DNA of 63,061 nt from Thermoplasmata archaeon (GCA_041476045.1 JBGOSQ010000002.1:1-63061); one strand, 5' to 3'; positions 27,103 through 36,402 are shown, counted from the first letter of the stretch. Numbers and translations are program-made. Notes: generated by a model from the sequence alone, not told the origin.

Positions 27103-27746
27103 AGCCGGGCTCCGAGCAGCTTGGTGATCTCTTCGAGCGTGAGGGGAGTGCGGAGCGACGGGCGCGACCGCGCGCCCTCGATCGACTGCCGTGGGGCGGA
27201 GGCGACGGGCGACGGGACGCCGATGTAGACGTCGAGGCGTTCGAGCGCTTCCTTTCCGCGGGTCTTCAGGTGGGGCAGCATCCCGCGCACCGTGCGCCGG
27301 AAGATCCGGTCGGGATACCGAGGATAGTGCGGGCCCATCCGCTTCGAGCCGCGGGCGCGGTTCGCCGTGTAGAACGCGAGGACGTTCTCGCGCGAGCCGG
27401 TGACGACGCTCTTCTCGGCGTTGACGACGACGATCGACTCGCCCTTGAGGAGCCGCTGGGCGATCAGGCTCGCGGCCCGCCCGAGCACGAGGCCGGTGAC
27501 GTCCACGACAGTGCCCTTGGGGGCGACCGGGGGAGCTCGAGGGGCGACGACGGCGCGCGGAGCGACGGGGGGCTTCGCGGCCTTGGGAGCGGCGCCGGTT
27601 TTCGTGTCCGCTGGCTTTCCGGTGACCGCCGGCTTATCGGTCGCCGGTTTCGCCTTCGGCGATTTGAGCTTCAGGACCGGAGCCAACTTCGTCGGGGCCG
27701 ATGTTTCGGGGGCGGCCGTCGGGGGCGGAGTGGGGGTCTCAGCCAA
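27099..27746 (-). CDS. rpl13: 50S ribosomal protein L13 (uL13), possibly with an ~80-aa Pro/Ala/Lys-rich N-terminal extension
   Basis: The core VVDVTGLVLGRAASLIAQRLLKGESIVVVNAEK... starts at GTG 27506. The in-frame ORF stays open back to TTG 27746, which overlaps the L18e stop. Confidence 0.88.
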   Translation of the reverse strand: MAETPTPPPTAAPETSAPTKLAPVLKLKSPKAKPATDKPAVTGKPADTKTGAAPKAAKPPVAPRAVVAPRAPPVAPKGTVVDVTGLVLGRAASLIAQRLLKGESIVVVNAEKSVVTGSRENVLAFYTANRARGSKRMGPHYPRYPDRIFRRTVRGMLPHLKTRGKEALERLDVYIGVPSPVASAPRQSIEGARSRPSLRTPLTLEEITKLLGARL

Positions 27747-28104
27747 AGAGACGCACCCCCGTGCCGTCGGGGTGGGCCTTGAGGAGCTCGTCGATCGTCA
27801 GCGCCTTTCCACCGGCGGCGTGGATCTTGATCCGGGCATCGGCGGAGTAATGGAAGGCCCCGATCGTGAGCGCCTTGGTGAGCCGCCCGGCGGCGAGGAC
27901 CTTTCCGGGGACCACGAGGGTTTCGTTGGCCTTGGCGAGGCGCTCCAGATGGGCCACGTTCACCGGGGTCGTCTGGTGGCGCGCGCGGGATAGGCGTTCG
28001 GCGAGGTCGCCCCAGATGGGGGCGTCGTGCCGCTTGGCGGCGCGCCGCAGTTCCATGAGGGTCCGGACAAGCTCCGGATTCTCCTTGAGAATCTCGCGCA
28101 CCAT
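27739..28104 (-). CDS. rpl18e: 50S ribosomal protein L18e (eL18)
   Basis: MVREILKENPELVRTLMELRRAAKRHDAPIW... is L18e-like. ATG 28104 is preferred over TTG 28122 because a TATA box lies at 28130-28140. Confidence 0.85.
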   Translation of the reverse strand: MVREILKENPELVRTLMELRRAAKRHDAPIWGDLAERLSRARHQTTPVNVAHLERLAKANETLVVPGKVLAAGRLTKALTIGAFHYSADARIKIHAAGGKALTIDELLKAHPDGTGVRLFG

Positions 28105-28129
28105 GCGGATTCGCCTCGACAAGGGTGCC

Positions 28130-28140
28130 TCATATAAGCG
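28130..28140 (-). promoter_or_regulatory. TATA box of the rpl18e-rpl13-rps9-rpoN operon
   Basis: The minus strand reads CGCTTATATGA about 28-30 nt upstream of ATG 28104. Confidence 0.45.
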
Positions 28141-28293
28141 TTGCCGCCGCCGAGAGCGCGCCGGCGCCGCGAGCGCGTCTCGCGATGACCCGACCGCCTC
28201 CCGGGCACGAATTCACGGCGGCGCGAGCGCATTGGGTGCCGGCCGGTCGACGGACCAAAACGAGGCGCCGAAGTCGTTCCATTCGCCGATAAC

Positions 28294-28305
28294 GGTTAAA
28301 TATCG
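28294..28305 (+). promoter_or_regulatory. TATA box for the PRC-barrel gene
   Basis: GGTTAAATATCG ends about 29 nt upstream of ATG 28334. Confidence 0.45.
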
Positions 28306-28333
28306 CGCCCCGCCATCGGCGGCCGAGGACGAC

Positions 28334-28576
28334 ATGCGCAAGTTCCTGACCGAGCTCCGAGGGAAGACCGTAATGACCAACGACGGGCAGATCCTCGGAC
28401 TGATCGAGAACTTCGTCGTCGACACGACCACGGGCGGGATCGCCCACGTGCTCGTCACGCCGAGCGAGGACGTCGAACCTCGCCTCTTCCAGCAGGACGC
28501 TTCCGGCCGCCTGGTGCTCCCTTTCAAGAGCATGCGCGCGGTCAAGGACGTCGTCGTGATGGACATTGGGAAGTGA
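28334..28576 (+). CDS. PRC-barrel domain protein
   Basis: 80 aa. LRGKTVMTNDGQILGLIENFVVDTTTGGIAHVLV is the typical PRC-barrel pattern. Confidence 0.75.
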   Translation: MRKFLTELRGKTVMTNDGQILGLIENFVVDTTTGGIAHVLVTPSEDVEPRLFQQDASGRLVLPFKSMRAVKDVVVMDIGK

Positions 28577-29405
28577 GTCGGGCCTCCGACCCTTTGTCTC
28601 GGTCGTCGTAACCGTCAAGAACGAGGAGCGCGGGATCGCCCGCCTCTTCGAAAGCCTCCTCGTCCAAGAGCCCCCGTTCGAGATCGTCCTCGTCGACGCA
28701 CTCTCGCACGACCGGACCTGGGCGATCGCCGAGGAGTTCCGGGCGCGGAACCCGGAGATCCTCCGAATCACTCGCAAGTTCGGTTCACGAGGGATCGGCC
28801 GCAACGAGGGGGTTCGGGTGGCGCGCGGGGAGTTCGTCGCCTTCATCGACGGCGACTGCGTTGCCGATTCCCGATGGCTCCACGAGATCCGGGCCGGGTT
28901 TGCCGAAGCGCAGGTCGTTGCCGGGACGACGATCGCGATCGGAAGCACTCGATACGGGGAACTCGAACGCGTCGAGCTGTTCCAGAAAGGAAACGACGTG
29001 ACCTATCCGTCATGCAATCTCGGGTACCGACGTGCGCTCTTCGAGTCGCTGGGTGGGTTCGATCCGCACTTCATCACCGCCGAGGACATCGATCTCAATC
29101 TCCGGGCCGTCCAGGGGGGGGCGACGCTCCACGCCGCGCCCACGGCGGTCGTGTACCATCAGATGCGCGCAACCCTGCCCCGGTTCCTCGTCCAAGCCTT
29201 CTGGAACGGCTACGGGCGGAAGCAGCTCACGGAGAAGCACGGCAGCCTCTGGGGGAACTATCGGGTGCGCCGCCTCCTGCAATCGCAACGATCGGTAATC
29301 GCATGGGCCCGGCTCTCGGCGGCGTTCGCCGGCTACGGAACGCGAGTCCTCACCGCGGGGCGGCGTCGGCTCACCGAGACGGATCGACCATCGGGCGCTC
29401 GATAG
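28566..29405 (+). CDS. family 2 glycosyltransferase
   Basis: VSVVVTVKNEERGI...EIVLVDALSHDRT...GRNEGVRVARGEFVAFIDGDC shows a GT-A DxD context. TTG start overlaps the PRC-barrel stop. Confidence 0.85.
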   Translation: MGSESGLRPFVSVVVTVKNEERGIARLFESLLVQEPPFEIVLVDALSHDRTWAIAEEFRARNPEILRITRKFGSRGIGRNEGVRVARGEFVAFIDGDCVADSRWLHEIRAGFAEAQVVAGTTIAIGSTRYGELERVELFQKGNDVTYPSCNLGYRRALFESLGGFDPHFITAEDIDLNLRAVQGGATLHAAPTAVVYHQMRATLPRFLVQAFWNGYGRKQLTEKHGSLWGNYRVRRLLQSQRSVIAWARLSAAFAGYGTRVLTAGRRRLTETDRPSGAR

Positions 29406-29462
29406 TGGTAGGGGCCGGTCGACCCGGTTCGAAAGTGGGTTCGGACCGCAGGCCGGGTCGGC

Positions 29463-29822
29463 TCAGCTCGTCTTGAGGAGCTCGGCCACTTTGCCGACCT
29501 CGGCGAGGACCTTGTTCGAGTCCGCGTTCTGGTCGACGACGGCGACGAGGAGGGCCTTCTTCCCGCTACCGACGATGATCGTCTTCGAATCGTTCCCCTC
29601 GATCACGATGCGCTCGGGGGGAGCCCGGTTGAGCTCGGTGTTCGCCGTCGCGGCGGCCCCCAGGATCGTCGCGCACATGATCGCGAACGTCTCGGTGTAG
29701 ACACCGGCGGGGACGTCCGCGTACAGCACGAGACCGTCGCGGGAGACGAGAGCGGTGGCGATGCCGCCGATGCGGCCCTTCAGGTCCTTGATCACTGCGC
29801 CTACGTTACCTGTCGCCATCAT
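29463..29822 (-). CDS. Roadblock/LC7 (MglB-like) domain protein
   Basis: 119 aa. IGGIATALVSRDGLVLYADVP...IVIEGNDSKTIIVGSGKKALLVAVVD is the typical Roadblock pattern. Confidence 0.8.
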   Translation of the reverse strand: MMATGNVGAVIKDLKGRIGGIATALVSRDGLVLYADVPAGVYTETFAIMCATILGAAATANTELNRAPPERIVIEGNDSKTIIVGSGKKALLVAVVDQNADSNKVLAEVGKVAELLKTS

Positions 29823-29836
29823 TTACCCGGAGCCCC

Positions 29837-30238
29837 TCACATCTCCTCGATACGGAACCGACACTCGGATTGACCTACGCTGGCACAAGCCTCTTCGGTA
29901 CATTTGACGCGCGTCCCCTTAAAACGTTCGTAGAACTCGCGGAGGATGCCGCGGAGGCGGTGGCAGGTCGGGATATCGCTCGGAACGACCTCGATCGATC
30001 CCTTGACGATGACCTCGCCGTCCTTGAACTGGATGTCCTCGATCCACCCGCGCTCCTTCAGGATCTCCCCGGCGCGCTGGTGGAACTTGGCGCGGTCCTT
30101 GAGGGCCTCCGCGGCCATGTCCGAGCCGATCACGGAGCCTTCCTTGAAGAACAGGCCGTGGCAGGCGTGGGACATCACGCCCTCGTAGAGCTCCTTGATC
30201 TTGTGGAGCTCCGACTGATTGAGCTTCACGTAGCGCAT
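29837..30238 (-). CDS. V4R (4-vinyl reductase-like) small-molecule-binding domain protein
   Basis: 133 aa from ATG 30238. Conserved Cys pattern CH...CHRL...CTEEACASVGQSECRF. Lies 14 nt upstream of the Roadblock gene. Confidence 0.65.
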   Translation of the reverse strand: MRYVKLNQSELHKIKELYEGVMSHACHGLFFKEGSVIGSDMAAEALKDRAKFHQRAGEILKERGWIEDIQFKDGEVIVKGSIEVVPSDIPTCHRLRGILREFYERFKGTRVKCTEEACASVGQSECRFRIEEM

Positions 30239-30263
30239 GGACACGGCGCGCCAGCGACTCACG

Positions 30264-30275
30264 GGATATATATCC
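30264..30275 (-). promoter_or_regulatory. TATA box for the V4R-Roadblock operon (leaderless)
   Basis: Palindromic GGATATATATCC about 26 nt upstream of ATG 30238. Confidence 0.5.
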
Positions 30276-30308
30276 GCTGCTGGACGCCCCGCCGAGGGGC
30301 GGAGGTCG

Positions 30309-31076
30309 CTACGATGGCCCGGGCTCGTCGCCCGACGGAGGCGCCGGGGGCGCAACGGTCCGCGGAGCGTCCAGGAGCTTGGTGATCTCCGCAAGGGAGC
30401 GGAGCCGTGTCTCGAGGACCTCGTCGGCCGTCCCGGCGCGATCGATCAAGGCGGCCGTGAGTCCCGCTCGCGAAGCGGCCCGTACATCGCTCCAGAAGAG
30501 GTCGCCCACGAACCAGGTCTCCGAGGGTCGGGCGTCGAGCCGTCGGGCCGCTTCCCGGAACCCGGCGACCGTCGGGGGTCGCGGGTCGGGGGAGTCGTCG
30601 GCGAGGAGGAGGAGCGATTCGGGGAGCCCCGCGCGCCGTAGCGCGAGCTTGGCCGTCTCCACAGGCAGCCCCGCGACGACGCCGACCTTGAGATGGCGCT
30701 CTTCCAGGGAACGGACGGCCCCGAGTGCATCGGGGTACGATTCCATCTCGTGGGCGGGCTTGAGGAACCGCGCGACGACCGCGAGCGATTCCGCTTCCGG
30801 GAGCGGGTGGCCGGCGATCGCGGTCAGGGTCTCGCCGAGGAACGTCCGGTACGCCGAGGGATCGACCGGCGGGGCTCGGCCCACGAGGCCCTGCCAACGG
30901 CGCCGGTCCCAGAGGTGGAGCTGTCGGCGGATCGCGGCGCGCGCGTGGCGCTCGGAGAGCACCGGACCCCGCGGTCGCCAGGCCCACTGCCAGTGGGAGA
31001 TGGTCTGCCACGGCACGAGGGTGTCGTCGAGATCGAGGACGACGGCTCGCACCCGCGGTACTTCGAGGTCGGACAC
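30309..31076 (-). CDS. HAD-superfamily hydrolase
   Basis: Motif I VVLDLDDTLVPW (DxDxT) and a later GDLFWSDV motif. Confidence 0.8.
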   Translation of the reverse strand: MSDLEVPRVRAVVLDLDDTLVPWQTISHWQWAWRPRGPVLSERHARAAIRRQLHLWDRRRWQGLVGRAPPVDPSAYRTFLGETLTAIAGHPLPEAESLAVVARFLKPAHEMESYPDALGAVRSLEERHLKVGVVAGLPVETAKLALRRAGLPESLLLLADDSPDPRPPTVAGFREAARRLDARPSETWFVGDLFWSDVRAASRAGLTAALIDRAGTADEVLETRLRSLAEITKLLDAPRTVAPPAPPSGDEPGPS

Positions 31077-31088
31077 GGAAGCGCGGGA

Positions 31089-31952
31089 CTATCCCCGTCC
31101 GGTCTTCTGGAGCTCGAGGAGGTCCTCGGTCGAGACCTTCTCGCCCTTCTTCAATCGGGCGAGGAAGTCCTCCTCCTTCGGGGGTTCGGCGTCGGCCCAG
31201 CTCGCGGGTGCACGTCCGCCGCGCGCTGCGTAGAGCATCTTCTCGAGATCGCGGACCTCCTCGATCGCCGAAATGTGGGCGCGGTGCGCCTCGTCGGCCT
31301 GGCCCTTGACCTCGATGAGCTTCGCCTGCACGTCGTCGGCCTGTCGCCGGAGATCGTCGACGGCCTCGTAGAGCTTGACCATCTCCTCATGCTCGTGCTG
31401 CGCGTCCTCGGCGAGCTGGCCCACCGCCGCGTGGTGCTTCTCCGCCTCGACGCGGGCCTCGTTGGCCCCCGCGATCGCGCCGTCGATCTCCGGGTCCTGC
31501 CGGAGCTCCTGGTCCTGATCGCGGATCGCCCCTTCGAGACGCTTCATCTCCTCGACCAGGCGCTTCTCCTGGTCCCCCGTGAGCGCCGTCGTCATGTGAC
31601 GGAACTCCAACTCGCGGAGCTCCTTGCGGAGGCGCCAGACGGGGATCGCGCCGGGTCGGGGAGTGCGGGCGCGTTTGAGATCGGCGACCTTGTCGGAACG
31701 CTCCTGGAGGTTCCGGTTCCATTCCTCGCGCAGGGCCTTCGCCTCGCGGACCTGGTCGTTGAGCTCGTCGCGATGGCGCCGGTGGTCCTGGGCCTCCGCG
31801 CTCTTCGCGTGCAGCTCGTCGAGGATCCGACCCCGCTCGTCGGCGCGCGTACGCGCCTCCGCGTTCAGCTTGTCGCGCTTCGCGCGGAAGTCGTCGGCGT
31901 GGAGGTTCGACTCCGCGCGCTTGCGTTCGAGATCTTCGGCCGCATCGGTCAA
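31089..31952 (-). CDS. archaeal coiled-coil protein (COG1340-like)
   Basis: 287 aa, almost entirely charged heptad-like sequence (RAKRDKLNAEARTRADERGRILDELHAKSAEAQ...). Confidence 0.6.
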   Translation of the reverse strand: MTDAAEDLERKRAESNLHADDFRAKRDKLNAEARTRADERGRILDELHAKSAEAQDHRRHRDELNDQVREAKALREEWNRNLQERSDKVADLKRARTPRPGAIPVWRLRKELRELEFRHMTTALTGDQEKRLVEEMKRLEGAIRDQDQELRQDPEIDGAIAGANEARVEAEKHHAAVGQLAEDAQHEHEEMVKLYEAVDDLRRQADDVQAKLIEVKGQADEAHRAHISAIEEVRDLEKMLYAARGGRAPASWADAEPPKEEDFLARLKKGEKVSTEDLLELQKTGRG

Positions 31953-32144
31953 AGGGACACCGCCCGTCCCATCGGGGAGACTCGGGGGATTCTTCGACCT
32001 CCGCCCGCCCTATAAAGGCTTCCGACGAACGCGCGCACCCACCCACGTGTTGGACGCGCGGGCGCGTACGAAATCCCCCGACGCTGGCGGCGAGGTTCGA
32101 CTGCGGGGGCACGCTAATAAGAGGCCCCCTCGCTCGGCACCGCC

Positions 32145-33596
32145 GTGGATGAGGTCGGACGCATTTACGGCGACGTCGGCCTCGGCCAGTTCCAGATCAA
32201 TCTCACCCACCCCGTGGAACGCGGCGATTACCTCACGGTCGAGGACGAGCTCCACGGCAAGGTCCTCTGCCAATTGGACGATCTGAGGCGCAAGAGCGAT
32301 CTGGACCTCGAGCGCGCCGATTCGCTCGGGAAGGGGGCCGATATGCCGATCCACGAGAACCTCCTGGGGATCTCGCGGATCATCGGCTACCGCGACGACC
32401 AGGGGCTCGTCAAGCTGCCCACGATCCCGTTCCGGCCCGGCGCGAAGGTCTACCTCGCCGAGGACCCGCTGATCGCCGAGGTCCTGGGCTTGAAGCACCG
32501 CGGCAACGTGGGTGCCTATCTGGGGCTACTGCGGAACCATCAGCTCAAGATCGAGCTCGACATCAACCAGCTCGTCCAGCGCCACGTGAGCGTGCTCGCG
32601 AAGACCGGCGGCGGGAAGAGCTACCTGCTCGGCGTCCTCATCGAGGAACTTCTCCGCCACAAGGTCACGTGCGTCATCATCGACCCGCACGGCGAGTACC
32701 ATTCGCTGAGGGACCCGGCCCCCAAGAACGGGGTCCACGCCAGGTTCGGCGTCGAGACGCAGGGCTTCGGCCGACAGATCATCGAGTTCTCGCCGGATCC
32801 CACGCTCAACCCGTCGGCGAAACCGCTCACCTTCTCGCTCCGGACGATCGATCCCCGCGAGCTCTTGGTCTTCATGGGCCTGACCAACGTGAAGCAGTAC
32901 CTCGCGCCGCTCAAGGCCCTCCTCGAGGAGGTCGCGGCGGTCAATCCCGACTACACCGTCAAGGACATCGTCCACGCCGCCGAGCGGGGAGAGGGGGCGA
33001 CCGCCGAGGTGCTCCACGAGCGTCTCGAGTACGTCGAGCAGACGAAGCTGCTCGCGCCGAAGGGGACGAGCCTGAACGAGCTCGTGGTCAAGGGTTCGGC
33101 GACGCTGATCAATCTCCGCGGTGTGGCACCGGACGTCCAGGAGCTCGTCGTCGCGCGGATCGCGGGCAATCTCTTCGAGAACCGCAAGAAGGGGAAGATC
33201 CCGCCGCTCTTCCTCGTCGTCGAGGAAGCCCACAACTTCGCACCCCAGCAGGGAACGGCCACCTGTTCGCGGATCCTGAAGAACATCGCGAGCGAGGGAC
33301 GCAAGTTCGGCCTCGGTCTCTGTGCCGTCACCCAGCGGGCGGCGCGGATCGATAAGAGCGTCCTCTCGCAATGCAACACGCAGCTGATCCTCCAGGTGAC
33401 GAACCCGCTCGATCTGAAGGCCATCGCCCAATCGATCGAGGGGCTGACCCCGGGGATGACCGAGATGATCCAGTCGCTCCCCGTCGGGGTCGCGCTCGTG
33501 ACCGGCGGCGGCTACCACACGCCACTGTTCTGCGAGGTCCGGCCGCGCGCGAGCCGGCACGGCGGCGAGTCGGTCGCCATCATCGAGGCCAACTAG
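32145..33596 (+). CDS. HerA-like (DUF87/FtsK-HerA superfamily) ATPase
   Basis: N-terminal barrel-like region, Walker A VLAKTGGGKSY and Walker B PLFLVVEEAHNFAP. TATA-like GCTAATAAGAG sits about 25 nt upstream. Confidence 0.8.
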   Translation: MDEVGRIYGDVGLGQFQINLTHPVERGDYLTVEDELHGKVLCQLDDLRRKSDLDLERADSLGKGADMPIHENLLGISRIIGYRDDQGLVKLPTIPFRPGAKVYLAEDPLIAEVLGLKHRGNVGAYLGLLRNHQLKIELDINQLVQRHVSVLAKTGGGKSYLLGVLIEELLRHKVTCVIIDPHGEYHSLRDPAPKNGVHARFGVETQGFGRQIIEFSPDPTLNPSAKPLTFSLRTIDPRELLVFMGLTNVKQYLAPLKALLEEVAAVNPDYTVKDIVHAAERGEGATAEVLHERLEYVEQTKLLAPKGTSLNELVVKGSATLINLRGVAPDVQELVVARIAGNLFENRKKGKIPPLFLVVEEAHNFAPQQGTATCSRILKNIASEGRKFGLGLCAVTQRAARIDKSVLSQCNTQLILQVTNPLDLKAIAQSIEGLTPGMTEMIQSLPVGVALVTGGGYHTPLFCEVRPRASRHGGESVAIIEAN

Positions 33597-33621
33597 CGCG
33601 ACGGGAGCGGCTCGTCCCCGC

Positions 33622-35145
33622 TCAGCGACCGCTGTCCGAGAGATAGCGGGCGAGGAGCCGGACGCCGAAGGCGGTGGCGCCGATGTTCATGTACGCCGGC
33701 TGGTACTTTCGCGTCGTCGGGGTCGTGTACGCGGGTCCCGCAATGTCGAGGTGGGCCCAGGAGGTCCGCCCGACGAACGATTCGAGGAACGCGCCGCCCG
33801 TGAGTACGCCCCCCACCGAGATCTCCGTCGAGTTCCGTACGTCCGCCACGTCGCTCTTGACGAGCTCGCGGTGGTAGTCGGTGAGCGGCATGCGCCACAT
33901 CGGCTCTCCCGTGGTCGCGGAGGCCTCGAGAAGGCCCGCAGCGAGCTTCTCGTCGTTGCTGATGATGGCACCGGTGTCGTCGCCCAAGGCCACGACGCAC
34001 GCTCCCGTCAGGGTCGCGATATCGATGACCTCGTCCGGGTGGTAGTGGTCGATGACGTAGGCCAACGCGTCCGACAGGACGACCCGTCCCTCCGCGTCGG
34101 TGTTCGTGACCTCGATCGTCTTCCCGTTGTACGTGCGGACGACGTCGCCCGGGCGGTACGATCGGCTGCCGAGGAGGTTCTCGGCGCACGCGAGGACGCC
34201 GATGACCCGGGGCGGCACCTTGAGGACCGCCGCGGCCCGGAGCGCTCCCAGGACGGCGCACGCGCCGGACTTGTCGAACTTCATCTCGCCCATGCTGAGG
34301 GCGGGCTTGATCGAGATCCCGCCCGAGTCGAAGGTGATCCCCTTTCCGACGAGCGCCACCGTCTTCCCGGAACGGGCGCCGCCGCCGTACTCGAGGACGA
34401 CCATCCGGGGCGGGTGGACGCTGCCGCCTCCGACGGCCAGGATCCCGCCGCAGTGCATCTCGGCGAGCTTCTTCTCGTCGAAGACGGTGACCTTGAGGGA
34501 GAACTCCTTCCCGAGCGCGCGCGCCTGCTCGGCGAGCCACTCCGGGGTGGCGGTGTCCGCCGGCACGTTCACGACGTCGCGGGTCCATAGGACCGATTCC
34601 ACGAGCGCGGCCTCGTTGTCGACGGCGCGCCGCAGCGGGGCCTCCTCGCGGGCGTGCTCGTCGCCGAGATGGATCGTGACCTCCTCGACGCCGCCGTCCG
34701 TCGTCGTCCGGTATCGCAGGAACTCGTAGGCGCCGAGGGCCGCGCCGTCGACGATCGCGCGGACCGCGACCTCGGAAGGGACCGACTCCGAGACGAACGA
34801 GGAGAGTCGGAAACCGATGGTCCGGGCGCCCTTGCCGCGGAGACCCCGCACGACCTCGGCCGCGGCGCGTCGCGCCCCGTCGGCGGTGTAGGTCGCGCTG
34901 GAACCGAGCCCGACGACGACCGCGCGCCCCTTGCCGTCCGGTCGGTGGAGGATCGTGAGCTCGCGGCGCCGTCCTTTCATCTCGCGCCTCTGCCAAGCAG
35001 CGGCGAGGACTCCCTTCGTCGCCTGGTCCTCGCGGGCGAGCGTCCGGGGCAGCGGCTCCGGCTTCTCGCCGCGCTCGAAGACGCCGACGATCGAGGCGTC
35101 CACGGATCCCAGGGTAGCATCCCGCCGGTCGAGGGCGAACTTCAT
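33622..35145 (-). CDS. pepA: M17 leucyl aminopeptidase
   Basis: VGKGITFDSGGISIKP and NTDAEGRVVLSDAL signatures. Confidence 0.9.
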   Translation of the reverse strand: MKFALDRRDATLGSVDASIVGVFERGEKPEPLPRTLAREDQATKGVLAAAWQRREMKGRRRELTILHRPDGKGRAVVVGLGSSATYTADGARRAAAEVVRGLRGKGARTIGFRLSSFVSESVPSEVAVRAIVDGAALGAYEFLRYRTTTDGGVEEVTIHLGDEHAREEAPLRRAVDNEAALVESVLWTRDVVNVPADTATPEWLAEQARALGKEFSLKVTVFDEKKLAEMHCGGILAVGGGSVHPPRMVVLEYGGGARSGKTVALVGKGITFDSGGISIKPALSMGEMKFDKSGACAVLGALRAAAVLKVPPRVIGVLACAENLLGSRSYRPGDVVRTYNGKTIEVTNTDAEGRVVLSDALAYVIDHYHPDEVIDIATLTGACVVALGDDTGAIISNDEKLAAGLLEASATTGEPMWRMPLTDYHRELVKSDVADVRNSTEISVGGVLTGGAFLESFVGRTSWAHLDIAGPAYTTPTTRKYQPAYMNIGATAFGVRLLARYLSDSGR

Positions 35146-35170
35146 CGCCCCCCCAGTGGGCAGGGGGGGA

Positions 35171-35551
35171 TTAGAACGATGGTCGGATCTTCTGTCGGTC
35201 GATCCGTATCCCGGCAGGGGTCAGCGCGAGGAGGTTCTTCGCAATGCCCGCGACGTCACCGCCGGTGTCCTTGGCCACGTTCTTGAGCTCGAGGCTCATG
35301 CGCTTCACCGCGACCTGGTCGTTCGCGATCGACGTATAGTCCAGGATCACGATGTCGCCCTGATAGGCGAGCTTGGAGATGTTGTGGAGGTCCTCGAACC
35401 GGAGGATCTCGGCCATCCGGACGGCGCCCTTGGCGCCGGCAAGGCTGGAGACCTCGTCTTCGAACTGCATCCCGCCGAGGTCGAGGAACGTTCCTTCCTC
35501 GAGCGTGTCCGAGCCGTGATGTCGCCGAAGAATCCCTTTCTTGCCTAGCAT
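35171..35551 (-). CDS. sepF: cell division protein SepF homologue (DUF552)
   Basis: 126 aa. EILRFEDLHNISKLAYQGDIVILDYTSIANDQVAVKRMSLELKNVAKDTGGDVAGI matches the SepF core pattern. Confidence 0.65.
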   Translation of the reverse strand: MLGKKGILRRHHGSDTLEEGTFLDLGGMQFEDEVSSLAGAKGAVRMAEILRFEDLHNISKLAYQGDIVILDYTSIANDQVAVKRMSLELKNVAKDTGGDVAGIAKNLLALTPAGIRIDRQKIRPSF

Positions 35552-35642
35552 CCGAGGGCACCCCGTTACCAGTCGTTCCGAGGAGGGGTCGGCTCTTAAG
35601 CATGCCGTTCGACCGGCGGGTCGAACGTGCCCGGGCCGACGT

Positions 35643-36392
35643 TCAGGGGTCTTCGACGCCGATGTGATCGGGGATCCGGAGGCAGAACGTGACGCGGTAC
35701 ACGTCCTTCCCGTTCTTCCGGCCCCAGAGGGTCGCCGACTCCTTGAGCTCGGCGCCGAGGCGCGATTTCGCGAGCCGTGCCACCGAGCGCGCGGCGAGCG
35801 TGTTCATGAGGTAGTAGTCCCAACCTTCGGGGAGGGCTTCGCGCCAGCTGAACGAGTCGCGCCACTCCTTCTTGGTCTGGGCGAGGACCGTCTCGAAGGC
35901 CCGGTCGAGCCGGGCGCGAAGGACGGCGGAGGAACCGCGCAATCGTTCGGAGGTCCCGCGGACCTGGATGAGCGCGGTGTAAAAATGGCCGGTGCGTCGC
36001 GAGCACTCCGGGCACGTGACCGCCTTGAGCCGCACCGGCATCTCGACCACGACGGAGCGCTCGGTCCCGCGGTACCGGAGCTCGACCTCGCCCTGGAACG
36101 TTCGCTGAACCGGATCGCTCGCGGTCTCCGTCCACTGGACCCGCCGGATCCCCACGTCGGGGTGGACCGAAAGGAGCGGCGTGAGATCGTCGCCGCCGAG
36201 GAGCGTCGGGCTCGAACCGCGCCGCTCCCAGTGCTGGCCGATCTTCCGGGCCCCGCAATTGGCGCAGACCTCGACGGAGGGATGGCCCTCGAACCAGACC
36301 AGTCGGGTCCGTTTCGCCGAGCAGTCGGGACAGACGCCGTCCTCGAGGGGAAGGTCGGTCCGTCCGCAGACGACGCAGAACTCGTCCTCCAT
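35643..36392 (-). CDS. NMD3-family protein (ribosome biogenesis)
   Basis: N-terminal double Cys-x2-Cys clusters CVVCG...CPDC...CANCG, then a later CPEC. Confidence 0.55.
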   Translation of the reverse strand: MEDEFCVVCGRTDLPLEDGVCPDCSAKRTRLVWFEGHPSVEVCANCGARKIGQHWERRGSSPTLLGGDDLTPLLSVHPDVGIRRVQWTETASDPVQRTFQGEVELRYRGTERSVVVEMPVRLKAVTCPECSRRTGHFYTALIQVRGTSERLRGSSAVLRARLDRAFETVLAQTKKEWRDSFSWREALPEGWDYYLMNTLAARSVARLAKSRLGAELKESATLWGRKNGKDVYRVTFCLRIPDHIGVEDP

Positions 36393-36402
36393 CGTGCGGC
36401 CC

